Shown here piece by piece: positions 45,086 to 55,700 of a stretch of DNA of 64,000 nucleotides (its first letter is position 1; the number at the start of each line of letters is the position of its first letter). Under the pieces are notes generated by a model, which saw only the letters and a program-made list of their open reading frames with translations, was not told the DNA's origin and did not search any database. Source of the stretch: an uncultured Bacteroidales bacterium (GTDB taxonomy: Bacteria > Bacteroidota > Bacteroidia > Bacteroidales > GCA-2748055). A program made the position numbers and the translations under genes. Location of the stretch: assembly GCA_963751705.1 (NCBI GenBank), contig CAVVVN010000008.1, positions 131,259-195,258 of the forward strand, in the 5' to 3' direction.

Positions 45086-46294
45086 TCAAGAATTGTACTT
45101 GTTTTTAAGGTATATATAGCATTTTTGAAATTCATGGATAAGACCTGCATCTTCTTTCGGGTCCATTCCACAAACCTCCTGAAGAATATAGGAAACTCCC
45201 TGCGCTTTGTATGCTTCAAAAAGGCGGTCCGGTTCAGACATTTCTCCATGCTCACCTGCAGCCCTAAAGAAAAATGCGCTGGCCATAGCTTCCAAAATAA
45301 GACCATAGGGTTTATCCTGGGTTTTGGCCAAGCGGATAATCCCCATAAAGCGATCGTCTGCTCCTAATTTACGAATACGATCCTGTCCCACACGGAATAT
45401 GGTATCCTGAAGTGCCCTGTTTTTAAAACGAAACAAAAGATTATCGATATGTGTATCCAGGTCCCTTGCACTAAAATCGTCAGAATAGATCCTTTGCAGC
45501 ACACTTGCAGCTTCTTGCATCACTTTCCTGACAGCCTTGTAAATAGCTTCATCTTCTAATACCTCATAGATGTATGTTGCACCGGGATGATGCAATGATC
45601 CTATATAAGCTGCCGTAGCATGCCCCAGGTTATGAATAAATGCCTTACGATCTACCCAGGCCTTAATGTTTTCTTTTGGGGCCAGCCCTGTCACCTGTGG
45701 AATACTCCCTTTAAATCCTCTGGCATCAAGGATCAATGTATTATAGCTTTCAGCATAAACTGCCAGGGGATCAAGGTCCAGTTCCGTTTGTTTCATAATG
45801 GGAACCATTTTTCCAATACTGGTTTCTACAAGGCCCACCAGTTTGTCCAATGAATAATCTGAAGGCAGATAGCCTATTAACTCTTCATGAAAAAATTGGG
45901 CAGCCGAACGTAAATTCTCAGCAATAATTATATCTAAGGGCTTGTTCTTGTCTTCCTTGTAGCGCAATAACAATCCTTCAGCGATGAGCGGAATAATTTT
46001 TTTCAGTGCGTTTTTCCCTGCAGAGACCGCAATAATCGAAGACCTGGATACCTCCCTTATTACAGATCCATGATCAAGCCCGGAAATGGCCCTTACTCCT
46101 GAAACCTTAATAGTTTTCTCCTCATCTCCTTTTATCAGCACCCTATATTCCCCATGCTTGTTGAGCAGGTCGATAAGGTTCTGATCAATATCTGAGAATA
46201 CAACTTCATACCCGGAAACCCCAAACAGTTGCCCAATGAATGAACGTCCAATCTTTCCTGCACCGAAGATTAATATCGATTTAGGACTATTCAT
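45086..46294 (-). CDS. Mannitol-1-phosphate 5-dehydrogenase-like (mannitol dehydrogenase family) oxidoreductase
   Basis: 402 aa. The N-terminus ILIFGAGKIGRSFIGQLFGVSGYEVVFSDIDQNLIDLLN closely parallels the MtlD Rossmann start (HFGAGNIGRGFIG..). Its start overlaps the PfkB gene stop by 8 nt. Confidence 0.65.
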   Translation of the reverse strand: MNSPKSILIFGAGKIGRSFIGQLFGVSGYEVVFSDIDQNLIDLLNKHGEYRVLIKGDEEKTIKVSGVRAISGLDHGSVIREVSRSSIIAVSAGKNALKKIIPLIAEGLLLRYKEDKNKPLDIIIAENLRSAAQFFHEELIGYLPSDYSLDKLVGLVETSIGKMVPIMKQTELDLDPLAVYAESYNTLILDARGFKGSIPQVTGLAPKENIKAWVDRKAFIHNLGHATAAYIGSLHHPGATYIYEVLEDEAIYKAVRKVMQEAASVLQRIYSDDFSARDLDTHIDNLLFRFKNRALQDTIFRVGQDRIRKLGADDRFMGIIRLAKTQDKPYGLILEAMASAFFFRAAGEHGEMSEPDRLFEAYKAQGVSYILQEVCGMDPKEDAGLIHEFQKCYIYLKNKYNS

Positions 46295-47468
46295 TTATCT
46301 GTTCTTTGTATTTCTCATAATAAGGATGAATTAATTGATATTTTTCGCCTGGCTTTCTTTCAAAATATGTGCCGCCCATATAGAAGCATGAATAACCTCC
46401 GGAAACAACTCCCCACATACAGGCCTTTTTTAAATCCAATTGTTTTTCCTCTCGAGAAAGTTGAGAGATAATTGAATAAATAACACCTCCCGCAAAGTTG
46501 TCACCACAACCCGTGGTATCTCCCAGGTGAAAATTCTTCAATTCGTCATATACAGCCTTGCTGACAGGCAACTCAAGATCTCGAATTCTTCTGAAAATGC
46601 TTTTTTCTTTTGCATACAAGTGAATATTCCTCGAACCATTTGTGACTATTACAGCTCCAGTTCCATTTGATTTGAAAAACTCCAATGCATCGCTAATTGC
46701 TGTTTTACCGCTTAGTCGCAAGGCTTCTTCAAAGTCGGCGATTAGGAGATCTATGTGGGCATAACTTTCAATACTCTCACCAAGTGGCCATGCTTGCTCT
46801 GGATTAGCTTTCTCATTACGAAAATCATATACAGTATTTACAATTGTAATACACCCTTTTGACTTTGCCTTAATAAGTATAGCTGTAAGATGATCGTGAA
46901 TAGACGGAACCAGTGCTGTACCTCCAAATACCACCAGATCAGAACCGAAAAAACGATCATCCAATGATTCAGCTTGAAGGTTCCATGCAGCTCCTATGGT
47001 ATTGATAAAAATACGTTCTCCCGCTCCATTGTCATAGGCAGGATCGGACAACACAATGGTGGAAGGCGTCACCTCATCACCTAAATGATAGTTGTCAGTC
47101 AATACCGGCGTTTTCTTTATTGCTTCCATCAGATAGCTGCCATCCTTGTCCCTACCCCCTCTTCCATAAAAATGAAATGTAAAATTCCCCTCATAAGCCA
47201 TTTGAGCTGCATGAATTATCGCAACTATGCCCGGACCTCCAATGTTGATCTTATCTGCAGGTCTCATATTAGTCAATTCTTCAAGCACTTCCTCAAGTCC
47301 CTTCCCCATATAGGATTCAAACTCCTCTTTAAACACCAGGCGACCTGGAATCAGGCCACCGTCACCTCTTTTTTTTGACTGGCAAACTGAGAAAAGTTCT
47401 GAATTAAAAGATATATGGTTGTAAACCCTGTCAACCAGGCAACAACCAACTCCTGAAACGCGAATCAT
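46287..47468 (-). CDS. PfkB-family carbohydrate kinase (long form)
   Basis: 393 aa. PfkB signature GDTTGCGDNFAGG and a GG dipeptide region (NIGGPG). Longer than typical fructokinases or ribokinases. Confidence 0.75.
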   Translation of the reverse strand: MIRVSGVGCCLVDRVYNHISFNSELFSVCQSKKRGDGGLIPGRLVFKEEFESYMGKGLEEVLEELTNMRPADKINIGGPGIVAIIHAAQMAYEGNFTFHFYGRGGRDKDGSYLMEAIKKTPVLTDNYHLGDEVTPSTIVLSDPAYDNGAGERIFINTIGAAWNLQAESLDDRFFGSDLVVFGGTALVPSIHDHLTAILIKAKSKGCITIVNTVYDFRNEKANPEQAWPLGESIESYAHIDLLIADFEEALRLSGKTAISDALEFFKSNGTGAVIVTNGSRNIHLYAKEKSIFRRIRDLELPVSKAVYDELKNFHLGDTTGCGDNFAGGVIYSIISQLSREEKQLDLKKACMWGVVSGGYSCFYMGGTYFERKPGEKYQLIHPYYEKYKEQINE

Positions 47469-47470
47469 TT

Positions 47471-48145
47471 TTATAAGTAATTTAGGTAATCTGATATAAG
47501 CAGGTGCAGGGGAGTTTCATCCTCCTCTATGGTCGGGAACCTTCCAACTTGCTCAAAAAAGCGATTGTCAAGGCTGTCATCATTTACTGCACTTACTTCA
47601 CCTACAAGCACTTTCCCTTTTCCAGGCTCCCCATAGAACCGGTGGTAGAGGCCTTGTTCGAGACAAATACTTTCTCCAGGTGTCAGGGTGATTTTATCAC
47701 CAGCATTCAGGCTTCTGATGATACCATCGGTTTTTACTGTAAAAGATTGATCCGAAAGCCTTTCATTTTCATCCGAATCATACAGCTCGATGATCAGGTT
47801 TCCACCGCCACGGTTGATGATATCTTCCATTTTGCTCCAGTGAAAATGCATGGGGGTCTCCTGCATTTCTTCAACGATCATGGCTTTTTCAGCATAAGGT
47901 TTTTTGTCTAATTTCATGTTCCCGTTACGCAGTGTAAAAAGAATGAGTCCGCGATTATAAAATTCTCCGCTGCCAAAATCAGTCAGATCCCAGCCTAACA
48001 TGTTGTCAACAATTTCAGAACAGGTTTCATTCTTTCCTCTCCAGTCCTCCGGATTCCAATAAGCAAAGGGGGGAAGGTGAAAATTCATTTGTCCGAAAAA
48101 GTCTTTCGATTGCTTAATAAGCAGGTTAATTTCACTTCTTTTCAT
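47471..48145 (-). CDS. D-lyxose/D-mannose ketol-isomerase family cupin
   Basis: 224 aa. MKRSEINLLIKQSKDFF..FHLPPFAYWNPEDW and PMHFHWSKMEDIINRGGGNL, as in the YdaE/Z5688-type lyxose-mannose isomerases. Confidence 0.75.
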   Translation of the reverse strand: MKRSEINLLIKQSKDFFGQMNFHLPPFAYWNPEDWRGKNETCSEIVDNMLGWDLTDFGSGEFYNRGLILFTLRNGNMKLDKKPYAEKAMIVEEMQETPMHFHWSKMEDIINRGGGNLIIELYDSDENERLSDQSFTVKTDGIIRSLNAGDKITLTPGESICLEQGLYHRFYGEPGKGKVLVGEVSAVNDDSLDNRFFEQVGRFPTIEEDETPLHLLISDYLNYL

Positions 48146-48168
48146 ATCAGTCTAATTTTATCTCGTCT

Positions 48169-49980
48169 TTATAATGACAGTAAATAGGCTACCATGTCAT
48201 CTATTTCCTGCTCACTGAGTTCGGATGTCTTTCCATGTCTATCATCCGGATTATAGATTGTAAAAACTTCACGCAGGGAAACAGCCCGCCCGTCATGCAG
48301 GTAAGGCGCCGTCCGCCAGGCTTCAATCAATGACGGGGTATCTACTTTTTTCCCAACATCCTGCCCCAGGGTTGTACCCAGATCGTACATATTCTTATCG
48401 GTATAAAGAGGCGCCGGATGGCACTGTCCACAACCCAGCTGTTCATATATCTTTTTTCCGCGTTTAGCAGCCTTCCCAAGCTTTCCTTTGATTAAAAAAG
48501 GGCTCCTTTCCGGCTCCAATGATTTCAGGTAAGCATCAATGGCTTTGGCATCCTTTTCGGGACGAACTTTAAATTGAATATGCCTAATACCTGCCCGAAC
48601 GCCTGTCTCTCCATCGGCACGTACACCCAGCCACATGGCCCGGGGGGTTTTATGTGCCCATATCATCGACTTTACATTTTTAGGATTGCCCATGCCATCG
48701 TTAAGAAGGTCCCAGTTCAATCCATCGGTGCGGGCATCGGGGTGACAGGTCGCGCAACTAAGCCAGTTCTGGAAACATAAGGATGCATCGTTGAAGAAAA
48801 TCTCACCCTGTCGCTCTGCCGTAATCGGAACCTCTGGAGCCAGCTGGTAGTATGCCGTTTGAATATTGTCCGGATCGGAGAAATCGAGCACTTCCAGGTC
48901 ATCAGAAAAATAATGGGCAACATAGACCGTATTTCCATGCACAGCAATGGCTCGCGGACCATTCCCGTTTAGCTTGATCCGCTTGCGTATATCCTGCAGA
49001 AACGAAAGGTTATTGTGTGTGTTGAGATGCACCTCCTTTGTCGTATTCCCTACTTCTGCTTCCATTTTGCGGGTCATCTCAGACAGGTTTATCAGGCTGA
49101 TTTCATGATTCCCTGCCGCGCTTACTATCATTGTTTTACCATCCCCTGAAAAACCAATAGCCCAGGGATTCGTGAAGCCCCGATCTACATCATCAAGCAG
49201 AACCGTGTATTGCAACGATAAGTCAGAAACACGGATGACACTGAGTGCATCTGTAGAAATCCACCCTCGTGCCAGTTGCGTCGTCGGTACAAAATAACGG
49301 GCCATTAAATGGGTCACATAAACATACTTACCGTCTGGAGATAGTTTAAGGCTGCGTAATCCTTCCGCTCCGTTTACGAGTGGAATGGTGGTCACTTCAA
49401 GGCTTTGGGTGTTAATTACCGAAACCCTGGAGGCGACATAGTCCAGATTGGCAGCTCCATCAGGGATATGGTTGGCAACAAATAAATATTTCCCATCGGG
49501 GGTCAGGTCGGCTGCCACCGGTTCACGTAATACCGGAACACGTGCAATCGCTTTGCCCTTCTTCAGGTTAATGATCGACACATCGTTATTGAAGCGGTTA
49601 CAAACATACAATGTTTCACCATCGGGGCTAAGTACGGGCGACATTGGGGTATGCCCCACGGGAATTTCCTGCTTAAGCCTTCCTGTTTCCGAATCAATTT
49701 GATATACACTCCCATTATATCGCCCGGCCGTCACAAACAAATCTTTCCCATCTGCAGCCGGGATCACTCCGGTAGGTTCTGAATTCAATGGGAACTCATG
49801 AAGCACTTCTTTTGTTCCGGCATCCACACAAAGAATCTTTTTACCGGTGGCTGCCGTTACATAAATGGTTTGCTTATCCGGACTCAGATCAATGTCACAG
49901 GGCGACAGATAATTCTGCGCCAAAGCGGCCGGGCAGCTAAAAAGCAATAGTAGTACAGAATAAAATACTTGCTTTAACAT
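48169..49980 (-). CDS. Fusion of an N-terminal YVTN/lactonase-like beta-propeller with a C-terminal di-haem cytochrome c peroxidase/MauG-family domain
   Basis: 603 aa with a signal peptide. Repeats LSPDKQTIYVT, LSPDGETLYVCN, LTPDGKYLFVAN and LSPDGKYVYVT. CxxCH at 48742-48756 (CATCH) and 48418-48432 (CGQCH). CCP hallmark TPSLIEAWRTAPYLHDGR. Confidence 0.8.
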   Translation of the reverse strand: MLKQVFYSVLLLLFSCPAALAQNYLSPCDIDLSPDKQTIYVTAATGKKILCVDAGTKEVLHEFPLNSEPTGVIPAADGKDLFVTAGRYNGSVYQIDSETGRLKQEIPVGHTPMSPVLSPDGETLYVCNRFNNDVSIINLKKGKAIARVPVLREPVAADLTPDGKYLFVANHIPDGAANLDYVASRVSVINTQSLEVTTIPLVNGAEGLRSLKLSPDGKYVYVTHLMARYFVPTTQLARGWISTDALSVIRVSDLSLQYTVLLDDVDRGFTNPWAIGFSGDGKTMIVSAAGNHEISLINLSEMTRKMEAEVGNTTKEVHLNTHNNLSFLQDIRKRIKLNGNGPRAIAVHGNTVYVAHYFSDDLEVLDFSDPDNIQTAYYQLAPEVPITAERQGEIFFNDASLCFQNWLSCATCHPDARTDGLNWDLLNDGMGNPKNVKSMIWAHKTPRAMWLGVRADGETGVRAGIRHIQFKVRPEKDAKAIDAYLKSLEPERSPFLIKGKLGKAAKRGKKIYEQLGCGQCHPAPLYTDKNMYDLGTTLGQDVGKKVDTPSLIEAWRTAPYLHDGRAVSLREVFTIYNPDDRHGKTSELSEQEIDDMVAYLLSL

Positions 49981-50038
49981 GTCCAGATTCTTTGCTTATT
50001 TCGATGAAAAAAAGATGAGTTATGTCGTATTTGAATTC

Positions 50039-52678
50039 TTACAATTTCATTAAAAAAGATGCCGGAGCATATGTATTCAGTTCAAAGGAAAATTTTCCGT
50101 TTTTCACTTCAATAGGATCACCTTGTTTTTCACCACGCAGGGTAAGAGGTTGAACAGACGAAACATGCATTCCTTTGGGTAATTTTACACTACATTTCCC
50201 GGAACTACCAGCTTGTTCCCACAGGCGAAGAATGGTTCCTTCTCCATCCGGATTATCTCCAAAGGCTGTTACCAGAATCCCTTCCCGGGAAAGGGTCAAT
50301 CCCTGGTTCTTACTTTTTAACTTGCCGGCTTTCCCATCTGCTGACCCAACCAGTAAGGGCAATCGGGCCTCCCATGATTTTTTTGTCAGATTCATAAGCG
50401 TTTGTTCATTCTTTGATTTGGCCCATATGCGAACCCGTTCTGTCCACGATCCCTCCTGCCACAGCGGGAAATTGGTATTCCACATGTTGTTGTATAGATT
50501 GACAAAGACCGATGCTGTGCTTGGAACATAATCCATGGAGAACTTCCACAATCCGGGTTCTCCAAAACTCATTATGGGCGAATCCATTGCCGACAATACC
50601 ATTCCTGTATTATCGGCTTGAGTAAGTGCAGCTCCTGTATTTACCGACATTAAATACCTTCCGGCCCCGGGAATGATATCGGTGGCCGGATTAATGGGGG
50701 CCCCTAATCGCCCAATAGTGAATGTGGGATTATCCACAGCAAAGGGGAAACACAACCAGCCACCCTCTGCATGTTTTTCGGCCGTTTTGTTATCGACTTT
50801 CCATTCAATATCAACATAGGCTGCGTCGTGTGGAAAGGTAAAAACCAAAGTGTAATTATCTGCAAAGCCCCGGGTATCTGTTGCTGATAAAACAGCAACA
50901 TCTGCAACATGGGTATGTGATACTGATAATTCCCAATTCTCAGGGGTAAAAGCCCAATAGGGTACTGTATCAGCTTTCGGCATTCCCGGTTTTCCGAAAT
51001 CAACCAAACCCCAACTATCCTTAATCCGGTTGTAGCTGTTCATCCATCTGTCAACTTCAACAGAACTAAAACGCTCGTGTAAAAACTGCCCTATGGCATA
51101 TGCAGAAGATTGATCTACCAATTCACGCTGGCTCTTATTCTCCTTTAAAGAAGAAACACCCCCTCTTGTCAGATCGAAAACAGCAGTAAAATGTGGTGTG
51201 ATAAGCGTCTTTTTTTTATCAGACGAAACTTTATCTTCTTTTAGGTCCTTCTCAGAAATCGTAATGTATCCACCTGCGGGAACGTCTTTGACAAATAAGG
51301 TTCTTTCATCTCCCCAGGGCAGTCTTACCATCCCGGAACGCTTCCAGGGGAGGGCATTATAAACCACAAAGCGCCTGCCGGGAACATCCACCGATCTTGC
51401 CAGTAAGTTTAGCCGGCTATCCAGTTCAGGGGATACAATGTCATTTGCATTATGGATGTATTGGCGATGAGCATCGTAGGACTTTAACCATTTTGCTTTT
51501 TTTCTCGTTGGTAAGCCCGGGATATTTTCATCCTCAGCTCTGAGCTCGGCATTAGCTTCTAAAACCCATTGTTTCCACTCATTCCCATATATTTTAAGTG
51601 GCCCATATGCAGAAGCGCTTCCCCAGGTATGTTCGCCATACAAAAGACTTTGTTCATAAGCCTTTGCAAGTTTTTCGCTTAAAGGCAGGGTCTGAATTCC
51701 CCAAATTCTCATTTGAGTATTCAGGGCATCTAAAGCAGGTCCCAGGGGACGAATATTACGGGCAATTTTCGATTCCTGAGGATTTGACATTAATCCGTGT
51801 ATCCATGTATCCGGTGTATCTCCTTTAACAACGGGCAAATCAGGGTTCTCTTCAAGCAAGGCTTTTGCAAAATCATCGAGGGTAGCGAAATGGACTTTTA
51901 CTCCGGACATCTCTTTTTCTGCATAAGCCAGAAGTTTATCAATATCTTGTTCCGTTGGTGGTCCATGATTGTCACCTGTCATCTGCATGGCCAAATAATT
52001 CTTATAGGGCCAGGTTTTAGGGGGTTTTATATCCGATCCATATAAGGATGTATAATGACAGAGTATTTTAGAACCATCGGGGCCTTCCCACCAGAATAAT
52101 TCAGGGAAACGGGGATAATTACTCGCCGGATTACAGCCCAGCTGCAAGAATTTTATTCCTGCATGATGCAACAAAGTAGGCAATACCCATGAATGGCAAG
52201 GGACATCCGTCATTTTTGCACTGATGGGCAAGGGTAGTCCGTACATGCGGTTAACTGCAGAGGAGTATCCTAACCCACGTACCAGATCTTCGTAATCAAG
52301 CGATCCGGTATGCAATGTGCCGGGAAGCCCGTGAACCACCAAAGAACCTTCTTTTATTGCTTTTTCAATCCTGACTTTACGTTCCGGAGTCTGTAAGGGA
52401 CCAAGAATTTGAGCTTGTAATGGCCAGCCGGCTACTGTCCACGAAAAATGTTTATCTGAGGGCTGCTGTGCATTTTTCTCGATCACATCTAATGATTTAT
52501 CCATCATTTCCTCCCGGTAACGTTCAAAAACATTCTCCGGCAGATCGGTATATCCTAAATCAAAGTGCGTTTTAAACACGACCCAAACATCCGTGACCTG
52601 GGACTTTTGGGCAAAACAATTCATAGTTGTAAGTGCCAGAATAACGCCGATTAAAGCTCGATTAAAAGTTTTTTTCAT
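50039..52678 (-). CDS. Divergent GH38-like alpha-mannosidase-fold protein
   Basis: ATG at 52678 (MKKTFNRALIGVILALTTMNCFAQ; the track starts at TTG 52705). VWVVFKTHFDLGYTD parallels VQHTHTDIGYT of the GH38 copies, but the first His is Lys. About 880 aa and multi-domain. Confidence 0.55.
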   Translation of the reverse strand: MKKTFNRALIGVILALTTMNCFAQKSQVTDVWVVFKTHFDLGYTDLPENVFERYREEMMDKSLDVIEKNAQQPSDKHFSWTVAGWPLQAQILGPLQTPERKVRIEKAIKEGSLVVHGLPGTLHTGSLDYEDLVRGLGYSSAVNRMYGLPLPISAKMTDVPCHSWVLPTLLHHAGIKFLQLGCNPASNYPRFPELFWWEGPDGSKILCHYTSLYGSDIKPPKTWPYKNYLAMQMTGDNHGPPTEQDIDKLLAYAEKEMSGVKVHFATLDDFAKALLEENPDLPVVKGDTPDTWIHGLMSNPQESKIARNIRPLGPALDALNTQMRIWGIQTLPLSEKLAKAYEQSLLYGEHTWGSASAYGPLKIYGNEWKQWVLEANAELRAEDENIPGLPTRKKAKWLKSYDAHRQYIHNANDIVSPELDSRLNLLARSVDVPGRRFVVYNALPWKRSGMVRLPWGDERTLFVKDVPAGGYITISEKDLKEDKVSSDKKKTLITPHFTAVFDLTRGGVSSLKENKSQRELVDQSSAYAIGQFLHERFSSVEVDRWMNSYNRIKDSWGLVDFGKPGMPKADTVPYWAFTPENWELSVSHTHVADVAVLSATDTRGFADNYTLVFTFPHDAAYVDIEWKVDNKTAEKHAEGGWLCFPFAVDNPTFTIGRLGAPINPATDIIPGAGRYLMSVNTGAALTQADNTGMVLSAMDSPIMSFGEPGLWKFSMDYVPSTASVFVNLYNNMWNTNFPLWQEGSWTERVRIWAKSKNEQTLMNLTKKSWEARLPLLVGSADGKAGKLKSKNQGLTLSREGILVTAFGDNPDGEGTILRLWEQAGSSGKCSVKLPKGMHVSSVQPLTLRGEKQGDPIEVKNGKFSFELNTYAPASFLMKL

Positions 52679-52701
52679 ACCCGTTTCCATTCTATGTAAG
52701 T

Positions 52702-55700
52702 TCAAATTATGACTTGCATATAGGTGATTGTTCCAATTTTATCAGAGTCAGGAACCTGCCATACAACTTTTTTGTCTTTGTTTAGCTCAAAAAGAGGTGT
52801 GCCTTTGCCTTTTGCATCCCAACCAAGCCAGTTGCAAACAATGGTGTTGCCATTATCAAGCCTGTTAATTCCAAGAATAAATTGCAGTTTCATCGCCGGG
52901 ACATCTTTTTCAGTTAATTCCCATACGATATTTCCTGCTGTATCATATTCAAGAATTCCTTTCTGCCACGAAACCAAGGTATGTCCATTTTTCAGGCGTT
53001 GCCCCATAAAGACATGCCCCGGGGCATTAAAGTCACGGATAATTTTTCCTTCAGCATCATATTCCCGGGCAAGATTATCTCCCAGATGTCCTACAAGATA
53101 GGTTCCCTGAGGTGTTTTCCGTGCATGCCGGAGTGCCCAGTGCCTGTCTTCATTTTTGCATGTAAGTGGAATGGTCTTTACAATCTCTCCCTGTGGATTT
53201 ATCTCACAAATGCGCAGAGGAACTGATTCTGCAATCAGGGTATTTCCATCACTCAGGCGTTGACAGCTATTGACCTCTCCTTCTGACTTATAGTAAAATA
53301 CCTGCATATGACCGGGTGTTACCTCAATGACCTCTTTGCCCGTTGCAAACAGGACATTCCCGCTGGGGAGTTTTGTCACATCCGTACAGGATCTTGCATC
53401 ATGCTCCCAGATAACACGCCCCTGCCGGTCAAATTCCCGAACCTTCTGAGCTCCATAGTCAGAACATATAAAACTACGTGATGACTGCAGCTGTGTAATA
53501 GAAGGAGAATTGGCAAGGCAGCTTTCCGGATATGGATTCTCGTACAAATGCGGTTTTTCTGCTCCTGGCGGGTAATACCACAAAGACTCCCAGTACCGCT
53601 GATCAGTCTTGTAAAAGTCAATTGGATCCTTAGCCAGGTCGAATGAATCAGGAAGTATCCCATACTTTTTCATCTCACGAACATATTCCCGACGTGGCTT
53701 AAAGCCCTCCATGTCGAATCTTTTTCGTTGATCAAGCAACGAACCTGCCGCCCGGATGCCTTGAAGGATTAATTGGTACTCCGGATCATTCTTGCTCGTA
53801 AATATCGCTTTTTGAGTACTGCTTTTTTCCAATTTACACTTCCCGTATCCTCCAGCATCAGCAGAAAGTGGAGCCAGCAGGATCAATGATTTCTCCGGGT
53901 AACTCAGGTTATAGACAATATCCCGCATAAAATTTGTCTTCCATGTTTTATCACCTACCACCCAGGCTTGTATATGAACGTAGGAAGGATGGGTTGCCAG
54001 GCGGGTATCTCCCTGATGGCAGGATGCACATTTTTTTTCCAGGACTGCTTTCATTTCCTGCACTTCGGGTAGGTCCAGATCACTGTTATCGGTAATCAGG
54101 TGTCCTTCATTCAGTCCAATTGATCCTGTTCCCAGGGCTGCGTATGTACCTGGATAAGTAGCTCCGGTATTTATCCAGTAACGAAGTAACTTAATTTCCT
54201 TCTCAGAAAGTTTCGCATCATGGTGGCTTCCATCGAGCTTGTCCATCAGCGGACTGGCAGCATCTCCTATATCACGGGGAGGATAATTACTGACTGCCAG
54301 ATTTCTTCCCATGACATACTCTCCCCTGGCCTTGAGATTGTAATAACTATGAGAATAAATGGGACCATGATCTCCGGTCAGCAATATACCTCCCATATAA
54401 TTTTCAGGCCTGTGGCATTTGACACAATGTTTGTCAAGCACCGGCTGTATATCCCTGGGAAAGTCAATAATATCCGGTATATCTCTAACGGGTTCAGGGA
54501 TGGAGGGCTTTCGCCGGGCGGCAAGCGGTCTGCTATTTTTCTGTGGAACAGGAGCAGTGGTCCTTTTTTCATGGCATCCGACACAACCTGTTACTTCTCC
54601 CGGCACAACCGATAAAAAACTCTGCATACGCTTTACACTGCTATCGTCTTTATCAAGTGCAACAAAAAAGAAAGGACGGTTTGCAGGTAGTTCCATAATC
54701 GCTGAGCCATCAGCTTCTACAGGAACTGTACCCAGAATACGTTCCAGGGTAAAGCTGCCGCCCCAGGTCAGGGGCTCCATGCTCCCGGTAAACTGACAGG
54801 GTTTTGGCAATGCTTCCAGGATCAATAGTTTTTTTATTTCTCCCTGTTTAATCCCTTCCATGTTTCTACCGGTATACACATCATTTACAAAGAGTGTTCC
54901 GGTTCCTTTCGATAGATCCACCCTGGAAGGGATAACCGGTTCCCGCTTACGCCCGGTTAAGGGACGGGGTTCCTGTACATTCGTATGACCGAATTCCGGT
55001 GGCAGAGAAAAAAATGGAAGTTCATTTCCTTCTGAATCAATAAAAAACATTTTATTGCCACTTGCTGCAATATACAAGTCTTCAGACAAGGGGTACGGAT
55101 CCCGGAAATCACTTCCCTGACTAAGATATTTCAATTGATTAAGATCATCCGGGCCATTGGAAATATTCGCCGTGGCTACTCGCCCGCTATGATCTGTCTG
55201 TCCATGCCCGGGAGAGCAGCTCAGGACAATACTGGAGCTGCCGGGAATCGGTTTGGCATCGATAAAAACATTACCCGGGTTTAAATTGCCATAATAAACC
55301 ATCTGGTTGGTTCCATCGGGCTTCATGGTCCATAAATGATGATAATGCACCTGGCTCCTGTCAATATACTCCCAGCGGGTATAGAGAATTTGTCCGTCGG
55401 GTAGCACCCACGGGGTGTTGTCATGTTCGATATTTGCAGATAACTGGCGAATATTTTTCCCATCCCCATCACACCGGTAAATAGTTGCAACGGGTACCTG
55501 CCAGCAATTCACCCATCTGTTACAGCGACTGGATACAAATATTATCCCACCGTCAGGCAGGTAGATAGGTTCAATATCGGCATAGGGGCCAAAGGTTAAC
55601 TGCTTTAAACCGGTTCCATCAACATTAATTTCGTAAATATGAAAATGCTCGCTCCCGGCTTTTCTCCAGGAAAACAGGATTTTTTGACCATCGTAATGTA

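Noticed and set aside
45073-45306. A 77-aa minus-strand ORF overlapping the 3' end of the MtlD-like gene in another frame.
   Set aside because: It is fully nested in the better-supported 402-aa gene apart from a 13-nt extension past its stop, and has no motifs. The intergenic gap to the upstream GH92 is only 54 nt.
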